A stretch of 64,000 nucleotides of DNA from Octopus sinensis (Eukaryota). Both the position numbers and the translations under genes were made by a program. This document shows, in pieces, positions 25,876 through 38,200 of the stretch (positions are counted from its first letter, which is position 1; each line of letters begins with the position of its first letter). The DNA lies in NCBI RefSeq assembly GCF_006345805.1, contig NC_043015.1:33852001-33916000 (forward strand). The letters run 5' to 3'. The notes beneath the pieces are model-generated. The model saw only the letters and a list, made by a program, of their open reading frames with translations. It did not search any database and was not told the origin of the DNA.

Positions 25876-26871
25876 AAGCATACACACACACACACATAGA
25901 TATGATGATGCAAACAAGAAAAAATAGAACTCAATATATGGAGCATATGTATATTTATATTAATATTCAGCAGAAGCAACAGAGTGACGTATATATATAT
26001 ATATATATATATATAATATCCTTTAAAATCCATCTTCAAAGCTGTCATGGCTTGGATTGTCTTGAAGGACCCAATGAGTCATAGAAGAGTCTGTCTTGGG
26101 TTTTATGCCTGGCTGCTTCAAGACACCAGCACTAGTGAGGTGGCCAAACAACTTGTAAGGCAAGGAAAAAGATCCTTTGACTGAATGGAAAGTAAAGAAA
26201 GAGGTGGCTTTATATCAGGTGTTGACAGGGGTATCTGAGGGGTAAGGGAGAGATAGCTGGAGACAGAGAAAGGGGTGATTTGTGGAAAATAAAGTTTGAA
26301 GGGATGATATTGAAATGCAGGATGGACTTGAAATGGAAGTAATTCCAGGAAGAGGAGGAAGAGGTAACTAGTAGCACATAGGGGGGTGGGGGGTGAAATA
26401 CGAGTATATTTTGCTCTCGTATGATTTTAGGACCACACTTTTGTTGAAACGGATGACTCTACTTGAGCACAGCCTTCACTACTTTCTCCCTAGTCTTCCT
26501 GGGTCTTTAACATTTTAACAATCTTTCCAGAACTATCTTTCATTGTGCCTACATTGATAGTGGCTATCTGAAGGTTGAGGACTGGATGGAAAAGGTGAGT
26601 GGGTAGCACTCAAAAAGAAGAATGTTTGCTTGTAAGCAGAAGGCTCTTGCACATGTCCAAATAATTATACAACTATTACTCTCAATGAATTATCATATTC
26701 TCCAGATGCTAAAATTCTCACCCTGTGTCCTCACCACGAAGCCTATACTTAGAACTAGAAAATCCTGCTGAGTGGAGAAAGGAAGAAAAGTAAGGTTGCG
26801 TAAGATATGGCAAAACATATACACACAAATGAGTGACTATACATAGAAGGAAATATATTACCATATACACA

Positions 26872-27438
26872 TATGGTCATCCCATAAGTTCTGTCCAGAT
26901 TTTGAATAAAGAAAACAAGTCATCAAATGTTATATTTAATTGAAATTTAATCAATATACTTTCCCTGATTATCTTTGACTTCCTTCCATCTATTTACAAG
27001 CTTTTTAATCCCATCAATGTAAAACTCTTTTAGTTTCAAAGTGAAGAACTCTGAAATGTCAGTTTCGACCTCCTCCTGGCTTGCAAAAGTTATGTCCCCC
27101 AAATGATTCTGTAAACTACAAAACAAATGGTAGACTGAAGGAGCAAGGTCGGGAGAATAAGGTGGATGAGGAATTTTTTCCCAACCAAGCTCTTCGATCT
27201 TCTGTGATGTGATCTTTGCTTTATGTGCCTGAAATGCTCTTTGGATACTTCCATGTTAAAAAGGGTTTTAATCAAAGAAATTTTAATTCTATTATTCTGT
27301 AAAATAATATTTAATTTGTTTAAATGTACACAAATGCATAAAAATAATTTTTAATTCCATTAGACGCTAAAAAATACTATTAAATTTCATCCAATTTTAA
27401 ACAAGGTAAAATCGGACAGAACTTATGGGATGACCTGA
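26872..27438 (-). mobile_element. Internally deleted mariner (MITE-like) with TIRs
   Basis: ggtcatcccataagttctgtcc at the left matches ggacagaacttatgggatgacc at the right. Minus strand encodes MEVSKEHFRHI joined to KITSQKIEELGWEKIPHPPYSPDLAPSVYHLFCSLQNHL...RWKEVKDNQGKYID. Confidence 0.92.
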
Positions 27439-27529
27439 TAGATGACAACATACACATAAAAAGATGACTGTGCATGTAAATACATGACTATATACACATA
27501 AAGAGATGACAACAAACTATCGCAAGTGA

Positions 27530-27750
27530 TAGAAGTATTGACCCCTTCACTTATCTTGGCAGTGTGATTCATAGAAGCATTAGCTGAGAGTCCAAAGTCC
27601 TAAAAAGACATGGGTGTGCTGGTGCAATTGTGGACCCACTGGACAAGGGTGCTAGGTGCTACCAATATCTGACCAGGAGGATAAAGTTTCAGATCTTCAG
27701 GTCTTTAACCTCCCTGTCTGGTGCACTTAGGGGCTGTCAGAACTCCTTTG
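27530..27750 (+). mobile_element. RTE LINE RT fragment
   Basis: FTYLGSVIH...LDKGARCYQYLTRRIKFQIFRSL (YLG motif of RT domain 7). Confidence 0.75.
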
Positions 27751-28859
27751 TTACTTGAATGCTTCACACGATTATGGGCTACCATTTGCCAGATTTCATT
27801 TGCAACCAATAATAATATTCAGAAACTGAGATACTATAAACACAGATAAATACATTATCATACATAAAAATATAGGTGACCTTACATAAGGATAAATACT
27901 TAAATATACACACAGAGAAATATACATACACACCTACATGCATAAATAAATAACCGTACGCACATATGCGTAAATGCCTAGATAACTAAACTAAATATTC
28001 CAAAACTTAATCTGAAATTATAATTTATAATCATATTTCTTCATGGTGCAGCAAATAGAATTGTTTGAGGGAAAACAGCAGTGAGAGGGATTAAGAAGAG
28101 AAGATGTATATACACGAAATATGAACAAACTGTGTGTTTGTATGCATGAATATACACGCATATAAAATACATGTATGCACACACACACAAAATGTGTGTG
28201 TATATATGCATGCACATCTATGTTTGTGCATGTTTATAGTTATATATATAAATGTCTTCATCATCATCATCATCAACATTTAGTCTCTATTTCTTTCACG
28301 TATGAATATTAGTACATGTGAGCACGTGTGTGGATTGTGTGTGTAAGTATGAATGCATGCATGAATATATACATATGTGTGTGTAAATGTGTTTATACAT
28401 GTGTGTGTGTATTTGTGCTTAATGTTACAAAAACAGAATTTATTAAAACTTCCTACATTTGTCAAATTCTTAGTTTGTTGTTGTTGTACCAAAATTTGAA
28501 ACCATTATCATTATTATTGTTATTATTATTATCATCATCATCATTGTTGTTGTTGTTGTTATTGCAACCAAATGGTGACACACAGACAACCGATAAACAG
28601 GTTGATATATCATCATTACTTGGGTCAGAGATCACAGATGATGAATGTCTATTTATGGTGTTATCAGCAACAGTCTAATCACAAGAAATAATTCTTCTTT
28701 TTTTTTCTGTCTTGGAAATGATTTCTTCATATTACATCTTTTGACAGAAACCATTATAAAACAGACCATTCTTGATAATGATGGAACACCTGTTTTTTGT
28801 GATCATCATCATCATCATCATCACTATTGTTATTATCATCCTTATTATTATCATTATTA

Positions 28860-29450
28860 AGGCAGCAAAAGGGGGTGAGCAGACAGAATGATTTCCATGC
28901 CAGACAAAATGCTTTGCAGTATTTAGTCTGTTAAATGCTACTAAGATTCCCTTTGCCTTTCATTCTATTGGGGTCAATATAATAAGTACCAGTTGAGCAC
29001 TGGGGTCAATGTAATCAAGTAGACTCTGTTCCAAATGTTCAGGCCTTGTGCCTTTTGTAGAAGGGACCCTTAAGGCAGTAAGCTGACAGAATTGTTAGAG
29101 GATCTGACAAAATGCTTAGCAACAGTTCTTCTGACTTTATGTTCTGAGTTCAGATGCCACCAAAGTTGACTTTACCCTTCATCCTTTCAGGGTCAATAAA
29201 ATAAGTACCAGTTAAGCACTGGTAATCAACTTAGCCCTTCCCTTAAAATTGCTGGCCTTCTATCAAAATTGGTAGTGAGCTGGCAGAATTGTAACCATGT
29301 CAGATAAAATGCCTATCAGTGTTTCTTCCGTATTATTATGTTCTGACCCAAATTCTGCTGAGTCAACTTTGCTTTTCCTTCCTCCAGAGTCAATAAAAAA
29401 AAATGCCAGTCAATTACTGGACCAACGTAATCAACTACCCTTCCTAAATC
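28860..29450 (+). mobile_element. Three head-to-tail SINE family B copies
   Basis: Heads at about 28875, 29075 and 29275 (g(t)gagc(t)g(g)cagaat...acaaaatgc), each followed by a ggtcaata..ataagtaccag-like block. Confidence 0.8.
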
Positions 29451-30502
29451 ATTTTAATTTACGACACTGCTAAACCATTTTATTTTTAAGACTTGCTTTG
29501 TGTTAAGTCATTTTTAAGACAGTGTTTTTAGACTATGTTAAATCAATATTTTACTTTAAAACCTGACAAAATATTATTATTTCTTGGATGCAATGTTTGG
29601 GGTCAGTGACCCGTTATCATTTCACTCATCATGTCTCTCTATTTTCCAGTCACAAAGCACAGCAATTTCTGTTTTGGTTTAATGTTACAGAATCAAAGAT
29701 CAATGCCATGTCATATCAAGTTTACACAGTTTATTCAAATCTTGGAGTTCTTAAAGTGTTTCTGATCAGTCAGGTTTTCAAAAGAAATTAGAATCAGTTT
29801 TCTGCATGGGAAGTTTTCTTAGAAGCTCCAAGAATGTAAATTATAAAGAGACTAGTACAGCATGTGATGACAAGAAATTGGATAATGTTCTTCAGAGCAG
29901 TTGACAATTTTCAGAATCTGAGAGTTTGTTACTGTTATTTGATGAAAGAAGAGAAAAAATATTGTCTATTTACTTTATTTGATTCTAAATTGGTAAACTG
30001 TTACACATCTTACATTGGAATTAGATTTTTTAAAATTCTTTTTATCAATGTTGGTAGAGGTTGAAGTAGCTGACAAAGCAGATCTACGATAAAAAATGCT
30101 GTTTTTATGACTGTCATCTCATCCTTCTTTTGCACATTGTATATCTAGAATCACATTAACCAATGCGTTCACCTCTTTCCACAATAGGGAATAATTTGAG
30201 GGAGATTTGATGGCTATTTCTAGCAAACTGAACTATCACTTAAAGGCTCCTTCTCTAGTTTACTGAGTTACTAATTAGATGTTACTGGTATGAAAGTAAT
30301 CATATTCTCTCTCTCTCTCTCATCAACCTAAATCTCTTGGGAGTCACAGGAAATGGAAACTTTACAACAGAAACTCAGCACCCGTGCAGTTAAAGAAGTG
30401 GATATCTACCCACAAAAATCTTGATTGTAAATCTATGATATGTTGTTCCCTTTAGTAAGGCAATCCATCGACTGAGATTATTTCATTCATGATTGCTTTC
30501 AT

Positions 30503-30700
30503 CAATCATCATCATCATCATCAACATTTAATGTCCATTTTCCATGTTGGCATCGGGTGGACAGATTGACAGGAACTGACAAAGCCAGGGGCTGCACCAG
30601 GTTCCATAGTCCGCTTTGGCTTCCTTTTTGCAGCTGGATGTCCTTCCTAACACCAACCACTTTACAGAGTGTACTGGGTGCTTTTTATGTGGCACCAGCA
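30503..30700 (-). mobile_element. RTE-type 3' tail
   Basis: (CAT)n...ttccatgttggcat...ctggatgtccttcctaacaccaaccac. Confidence 0.8.
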
Positions 30701-30789
30701 TCCACCCCAATACTTTACTCAACCCATATTTTTGGTCAATTTTCTTAGTCTGGCAAAACCTCTCACTTCATGTTATTCATGCCACATTT

Positions 30790-31260
30790 TCCTCATGAAG
30801 TAATGATACTCTTTCCTCATCTCATGTGATAACAACTTTACTTCATTTCATGTAGAAACATATTTACCTCATCTCATGTGGAACCTTTACTTTACCTTAC
30901 ATAGTGGCAGCTTTACTTCCCTTCTTGTAGGGACAACTTTAGCCCACACATATTGTGTGACCTCATGTAGCAACATCCTTACTTCACCTCATGTGGTGCC
31001 TTTACCTTACCTCAAACCGTAATGTATTTACATCGCCTCTGCAGGGAGGGCTTTACCACACCACATGTAGTCACATGTGGTGACACCCTTACCTTTTCTG
31101 ATATAGTTACACATTTTTCCTTACTGTATATAAAGGTGCAATGCCTTCATCCAGCTACATGTAATGGTAAACCTTATAATAAAAGAGCATATAATCTAAT
31201 AGACTTATGTTTTGAAACCTTTATAACGCTACATGTAGTGGTACCATTGCACTACTTCAT
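30790..31260. repeat. Cryptic degenerate minisatellite (about 28-30-bp ctttacctcatctcatgtg-like units)
   Basis: Recurrent cctcatctcatgtg, ctttacttca and catgtag/catgtgg motifs. Confidence 0.55.
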
Positions 31261-31711
31261 GGTGTAGAGCTGTTAGATAACTTTTTTGTAGCAGTAACAC
31301 TTGTGGTCATTGCATGTAGCAGTACTGTTTTAACATGTATACAACCTTTTCTTGTCCCAAAATATCATTAAAAACATTAAAATTCAAAGTCAGAAAAAAT
31401 GGAAAACTGCTAAATATTGATGTATTTTTTTTTAAATAAAATTTGCTTTTTGAAAACCAATATTGATTTAAAAAAATAGTTTTTCATATTCAAAAATATA
31501 ATTTACACTTTTGGGGTTAGGTTTTGTGTTTATTCAAACTTTAGCTGTATATTGTGTATTGCATGCACTTCCCCCACCCCTGGCCACCAATATTTCACCA
31601 CTACCAACAAAAATGCCACATTTAAATATATACAATTATAGAACTGTAACATTGCATATTGTTCAATGTCTGTTGTTAATTTTTCCTTTCTTCTCACAGC
31701 TATCAATTTAG

Positions 31712-32049
31712 TCAGCTGAATTTTTAGAGCATTGGGCAAAATGCTTTGATGTATTTAGCTGCCACTCTTTACAGTTGAGTTCAAATCCCACAGAGGTTAA
31801 CTTTATCATTTTTTTTCTTTCAGGGACAATAAAATGAAGTACCAGTCAAACTATGGGGGTAAGGAAGGGGCAGTGGTTTTGACTAACTTCTCTACCCTCA
31901 GAATTGTTGGCCTTGTGCCTAAATCAGAAACTGTTCCTCCTCCTCCTCCTCCTCCTCAAGGCAGTGAGCTGGTAGAATCGTTAGCATGCTGGGCACGTTA
32001 GCTGTTGAAATAAAATATTTATTGCAATTATACCGTGCTCTTTGTATTG

Positions 32050-32088
<39 letters not shown>

Positions 32089-32315
32089 TATTATTATTAT
32101 TAAGGTGGCAAGCTAACAGAATTGTTAGTGTGCCAGGTAAAATGATTTGTGGCAGTACGTCCATCTTTATGTTCTGAGTTCAAATTCTGCCGAGGTTGAC
32201 TTTGCCTTTCATCCATTTTGGGGTCAATAAAATAAGTACCAGTTGAGCACTGGGATTGATATCTTTGACTTGCCCCCTCCCAATATTTCTGGCCTTTTGC
32301 CAAAATTTGAAAACA
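31712..32315 (+). mobile_element. Cluster of SINE family B copies (31712-31925, head at 31960-32000, 32100-32315)
   Basis: gttctgagttcaaattctgccgaggttgactttgcctttcatcc...ggggtcaataaaataagtaccagttgagcactggg. Confidence 0.82.
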
Positions 32316-32321
32316 TTATCA

Positions 32322-32352
<31 letters not shown>

Positions 32353-32369
32353 TATTATTGTTATTATTA

Positions 32370-33690
32370 TTAGACTCTCATAGAGTGATGACATATTTTT
32401 GATTCTCTTTGCAAAACATTCTATTGAAGTATTACAAAATGATATTTTTATTGGAGAAATTTAAATGTGACTACAACTATAATTGCCTAATGAAGGGCTG
32501 CCCTTGATATCTGTGGGTAGACAACAAAAAAAGAGGTCTTTTCACAATTTAAAAAAATTTTACTTACATTACATTTTTATCTCAAAACGAGTTACCAGAC
32601 GCTATTAAGCAACAAGTCTAAACACAGTAATGGCTAAAAACCAGACACGATTAAGCAATAAGACTAAACATTGTAATGGCTAAAAACAACAACAAAATCA
32701 AAGCACACAAATGTGAAAGAGGAAGATGAACAATTTAATGAATATTTATTAAAAGAAAATGTTCTAAATATTCATCATCATCATCATCTTTTAGAATCTG
32801 TTTTCTATGCTGGCATGAGTTGGACAGTCTGGCTGGAGTTGGTAAGCTAGAGAGCTGCACCAGGCTCCCATCCGTTTTGGCTTGGTTTCTACAGCTGGAT
32901 GTCATTTCTAACACAAACCACTCCACAGAGTGTACCGGGTGTCGCCTGTGTGTCACCAGCACAGGTACCTTTATGTGTCATTGGCATGGGTCCCTTTTGC
33001 ATGTCACTGACATAGGTGCCTTTCACATGTCACCAGCACTGGCCATGATTACGATTTCACTAAGCTTGACATCTCTTCTCAAACACAGCAAATTGCCAAA
33101 GGTCTCGGTTACCTGTCTTCCCTCCATGAAACTCAATATCCAAAGATCATATTTCAAATAAGTAATTTAGAAGATAGTGACAGTAATAAAAACAGCAACA
33201 ACAACAGTAACTCTTACATGATTCCAGATACTGTGACCTGTTCATATAGCAGCTGTCTGAAGGTTAACCTTCCTTTAGCACAAAATTAACTTTTAGGTCC
33301 GTCACAGTTACAAGAAAAATGTAGGTAGGGTTTGAAAATCTGGAAAGCATTTCTTTGCCTGAGGAAATAATTGAGCAGAAGACAAAGAGAAAAATTATAT
33401 ATTTCAGCTTACAAATATTTGCAAGTGGATTCATTTTTCCCTCATATCAAGAAGTGCAACAAGCCCTTCAAGAGAAATGCCTCAATTAAAAAAGGCAAAA
33501 GTTAAGGTACTATCTGCTGTAACTTTAACGACTCGACCAAAGCTCGGCTGACATACCTTCGAATATACATTTTTGTTACTTGGGTCTAAGAAATACAAGA
33601 GTGGGACCAAGAGACATTGGAAACAACATAGATCCATAGCTAGTGGTCACTTTGTTGCACAATAGGGACAAGTGGCTAAAACAGGGCTAA
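32370..33690 (+). repeat. Unclassified old dispersed repeat, copy 2, interrupted by an RTE insertion
   Basis: Colinear with 24045-24916. Contains a tandem duplication of about 46 bp at 32595-32687. Confidence 0.7.
32773..33150 (-). mobile_element. RTE LINE 3' end inserted into repeat copy 2
   Basis: (CAT)n tail, ctggatgtcatttctaacacaaaccactccacagagtg, and the RT C-terminal end (caaaggtctcggttacctgtcttccctcc). Confidence 0.8.
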
Positions 33691-33754
33691 CAAAATGTTG
33701 CATGTGGTCAGCGGATGTTAAAAATGAATGTGAAAGTCCTGTAGTGATCCTATA

Positions 33755-34090
33755 CAACGGCGCGCACGCGCACCGTCCATTTCTGTTTCGCGCGTGCGGG
33801 TCGGTGCTTTCACCACAGGAAGGGCCCTCTCGCGCATGCGCGAACCACCGGAAGAACCCTTTTGCCTACGTGGCTGTTAGTGAGGCAAGGGGGTCGTAGA
33901 ACGTTTGACCACTAGCAGCAGTCAGCGGCGACTTGAGACAGCAGCGACCGAGGGAGCAGGACGTGAAATATTTTCTCTCTGTCCGAACTTGATTCTAGCA
34001 GCAGCTTTACCAAAAGGCCTTTTACCAAATTGTTGCAGACCACATCTTCTCCCTGTTCCGGACGCCATCTTTGACCAGTGTCGTTTTGCA
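33755..34090. promoter_or_regulatory. CpG island with promoter-type motifs (NRF1 x3, E2F, ETS, YY1)
   Basis: gcgcacgcgc 33762-33771, tttcgcgc 33786-33793, palindrome tcgcgcatgcgcga 33830-33843, accggaag 33847-33854, cgccatcttt 34063-34072. The only CpG-dense stretch not assignable to a young repeat copy. Confidence 0.6.
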
Positions 34091-35356
34091 TTTGAACACT
34101 TTCTTATTTTACAGCGATAAGGTTCAGCACTGACACATTTATACCAAAGGGATACCAGATAACCACTTATTGTTACTGTTACCACATTAGAGAATAAAGT
34201 ATATATATTATTTACGTCTGCGTCTTGTTGTTTCTGACTGGTAGAGAATCTGGATTATTAAAGCAACGGCTAGTGATTGCTTTCTTGTACCCCGAAAGTA
34301 CAAGAGAAGACACACACTAAGTTCGTTACAGTCCTAATGATCTCCAAAGGCCACAGCGCCAAAGCAGAACTGTTCTCAGTAGAAGACATTGAGAGAAAAG
34401 GCATGAAATTAGTTAACGATAAAGGGCTGAATGCTCTGAGATGGTTTATACCATGAAAAACCTTAGCAAAACAGAAAAATGAAAATAATGAAGATCCATT
34501 GCAAGATGAACAGCAAGCCTCATAGACTTGAGAACGGGATGTGCTGAGGATACAAGCACAGCACCTAAAATAGTTTTGAGTAGTGAAAACACTTTGAACA
34601 TCTTCCTAAAAAACTGGGTTTGCATCCACTAAGTGAATTTCATTCCTGCACTTATGATAAACTCCAGATTTCAGAGCACCACCAGCCAAAGCACTTTGGA
34701 TGATAACTGAAATAAATACTTTTATACACAATATGAGAAATAAGTGAGCAAACACCTTGGCGCCAAACACTGTCAACCTACAGTATTGTATGGTCATCAT
34801 GCAATGAGGAAGATGCAATGGTTGCAGATGTAACCCGTTAACCATTGGTAAAAGCAAGAAAGGAACAAAAAGAAAAAAGTCTCAAAGAAAGAAAACTCAA
34901 CTGAAAATAATGGAAACAGATGAGAAGGAATAATTTCTTCCAAGTAACAAGGAAAATAATTATGAAAATAAAGAGGATCAAGAGAAACTAAAATCCACCA
35001 TTCTTGGAAGATCAAGTAAATAATTAATAGACAAAATTACTCATCTGTGGTGCTTTGCACTTTCTGAAGACATGAGAATGATACAAAATCAGTTAGGTTC
35101 TGAATATAAACATGTAAAAGATAGCTTATCAGTAAAATTAAGACTAAGGCATTGCAATGCACTTAAAAGAGCATAGCCCAAAGACTTCCAAGTTTTCCAA
35201 CACTAAATACCAGCCTTTCAATACATTTGGTTGCACTTGTGCACAATTTGAGAAACGGTTAAGGAAGAGGGTCATGGAGTGCCCTAATTAAATCTAATCA
35301 GTGAATTTCATGTTTTATTTCCTTTTAGTTCTACTTTGTTTTTAGTCTCATGCATA

Positions 35357-35387
<31 letters not shown>

Positions 35388-35537
35388 ATGCAGAAGTGTG
35401 TGTGTGAGAGAGAGAGAGAGAGTACTTTTAAAACCTTTGTAAGTCCTCTCATATATTGTACAACATCTGACACCCACTCCATTTTGTATTTGTAACATTG
35501 CCTATTCTTTGTATTTCATTGAATCCATTCTTCTTCT

Positions 35538-35590
<53 letters not shown>

Positions 35591-35728
35591 GGTGATTTGT
35601 TTCTTTGCAAAGAATATGGTAAAATGGATTTCTTTTCACACATTTTCAAGTTAATTTTGTTTTGCTTTTTAAGTGGTTCTTTGAGTTCTGAAGAATTTTG
35701 TATGATTTGAACTGACGTTAAATATAGC

Positions 35729-35804
<76 letters not shown>

Positions 35805-35971
35805 TACAGTGTTTCTAATGCGTGTGTTTGTGTTTTTTTTTTTCGTTTTGCGTGTTTGTTTCTGTGTGTATGGAGGAGTGATTGTGAGAGAGATAAGAGA
35901 CAAAGAGTGAGAAAGGAAAAGAGAAGCTAGAATATATATGAGAAGAAAGAGAGAGAGAGAGAGAAGAGAGC

Positions 35972-36008
<37 letters not shown>

Positions 36009-36649
36009 AGATGGATTGAAAAGGAAAAAAGAGCAAGAATTCTTTGATTAAAACTTCCTGAAAATACATTATTTTTTCCACCCTTGACATTCCTGAAAAG
36101 ACAAAACAATGTATTTTAATTATTTTGAATAGAAGGGTAAGGGGGAGGATGGGGAGCAAGGGGTGAAGAGGTGGAAGAGTTTATATGCAAAAGAATATAA
36201 AAAAATTCCATGCTTGTTCCATTCTCTGTATCTGAAGATGATGATGATGATGATGATAATGATGGTGGTGGTGGTGGTGGTAGTGATGATGATGTTGGTG
36301 GTGATGATAATGCTGATTACCGCAACTTTATGTAAGATACCAGGTTAGCTATGATGCAAGTAATGATGATGATGATGAGGATGATGAAGATTAACATTTA
36401 AAAATCATCATGATTAAAATCACCACCCCCACCACCACCACCTTCACACGCATCATCATCATCATCATCATCAACAACAGCATAATAGCTGACATGCTAT
36501 CTAACGTTTGTTTCCAAATTTTCTTCAGTCTCAGCCAATCTTCCAGTTGCAATAAACCTGTACCTTTTTACTGTTGCTATGGAGATTTGTGACGCTGTGT
36601 TACTTGTTACATATATCAAAGATATATGTGTCTAAGCAATGGAAATCAG

Positions 36650-37370
36650 ACCATCATGGAAGTGGAATGACATTTTGATGCCATGATATATTCCTTAAAC
36701 CACTTGATACTAATGTATCATCCCTTATTAAAGCCAACAATTGTATCTATATGTGACTGTTTGGACCCAAAACTCACAGCCCTAAGTCCTTCGAGTAATT
36801 CACCTTGAAATGTGCTCCAGTAGTTCACACAAAAAATACAAGCTACAATGCTTGGAGAAAATCACTTACATTTACAAACCTGAGGGCTTTGATCCAGCTC
36901 TGTCACACTCACAAGACTATCAGGTAAACCATGAAGAATACTTTCGTGTATTGTACACTTCACAAGTTTTCTAGCTTTTCAAACTGTTGCCAGTTCTTTG
37001 ACCCCTTGCCAATAGAATCTCTACTCATTTTGCTGGATCCTCCTTTCCTACACAGCTGTTGCACACAGACATTCTAGATCATCTCCAATGAAAGACTTTT
37101 GACTGACTTATATGAAGTCATCCCCCATTATATATGAACTTCTGGCCCCAACAAACATGTTTCCGTTTCCTCTCTCCGTAAGTTCAACTCCTATTACTCT
37201 GGCCCCTATTCTTCAAAGCTGGTTGTTGTCACCTCCATTCAAGCGTTTCTGTCACAGTCATCTTCTCTCCCCTCATTACCCATACCAAGCCCTGTCATCC
37301 TTTGGCCTCATACCACTATGTCCAATTCTTACTTTCCATAGAACATCAGCACTCTGGAATTCCTAACCTG
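36650..37370 (+). mobile_element. Decayed CR1/L2-group LINE relic
   Basis: PKTHSPKSFE*FTLKCAPVVHTKNTSYNAWRK (EN-RT linker-like) and terminal FHRTSALWNS. Confidence 0.5.
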
Positions 37371-37545
37371 GCCATGTTTTCACTGCAAATGAAACACCAA
37401 CAGTTACTGGTCTCAGAGGACCTGCAAAAGCCATGAACAGAGTCACTTCCTCTGGACCAAGCAAATGAAACGAAGAGAAAAACCAAATCTTCCACCAATC
37501 CCACTCTACCATCTTTAAAAACAGGAAGAATACCCTGGATGATGA

Positions 37546-37610
<65 letters not shown>

Positions 37611-37879
37611 ACAACAACAACAACAACAACAAAAACGTTAATAGTAATAATAATCTTTATTTATTACAAGGGCTCAGAGAAAGACAAAAAAATATGGAAC
37701 TTTCACAAGTCATCACAAAAGCAGATGTGAACTGCTAAGATTTGAACTTTGAATGTTAAGAACCAGAACAAATATCTCAAAGCATTTTGTTTAGGACTCT
37801 AATCCAATAAATATCTTATAACTTTAGTACATAATTTCTGTATGGAAGAGGGTGGACTTGAATCACAAATATTCTATTA

Positions 37880-38200
37880 ACTGTTGCCATTGTTGGTGAC
37901 ATGCAAAAGGCACTTGTACCAGTAACATAGTGTAGCCACCCATGCTGATGACATGTAAAAGGCACCTGTGCCAGTGGCACATAAAAGGCCCCCATACCAG
38001 TGATACATAAAAGGCACCCGTGCTGGTGACATGTTAAAGGTACCCCGTACACTCTGTGGAGTGGTTGGTGTTAGGAAGGGCATCCAGCCATAAAAACAAA
38101 AGCCAAATCAGACTGGAGCCTGGTACAGCTTTCCAGCTTATCAGTCCCAGTGAAACCATCTAACCCATGCCAGCATGGGCAATGGATGTTAAATGATGTT
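37880..38200 (+). mobile_element. RTE-type 3' UTR with internal roughly 26-bp tandem units and tail
   Basis: Repeated ggcacc.gtgc..gtg.cac.taaaa, then ggttggtgttaggaagggcatccagcc...gcatgggcaatggatgttaaatgatg. Confidence 0.8.
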
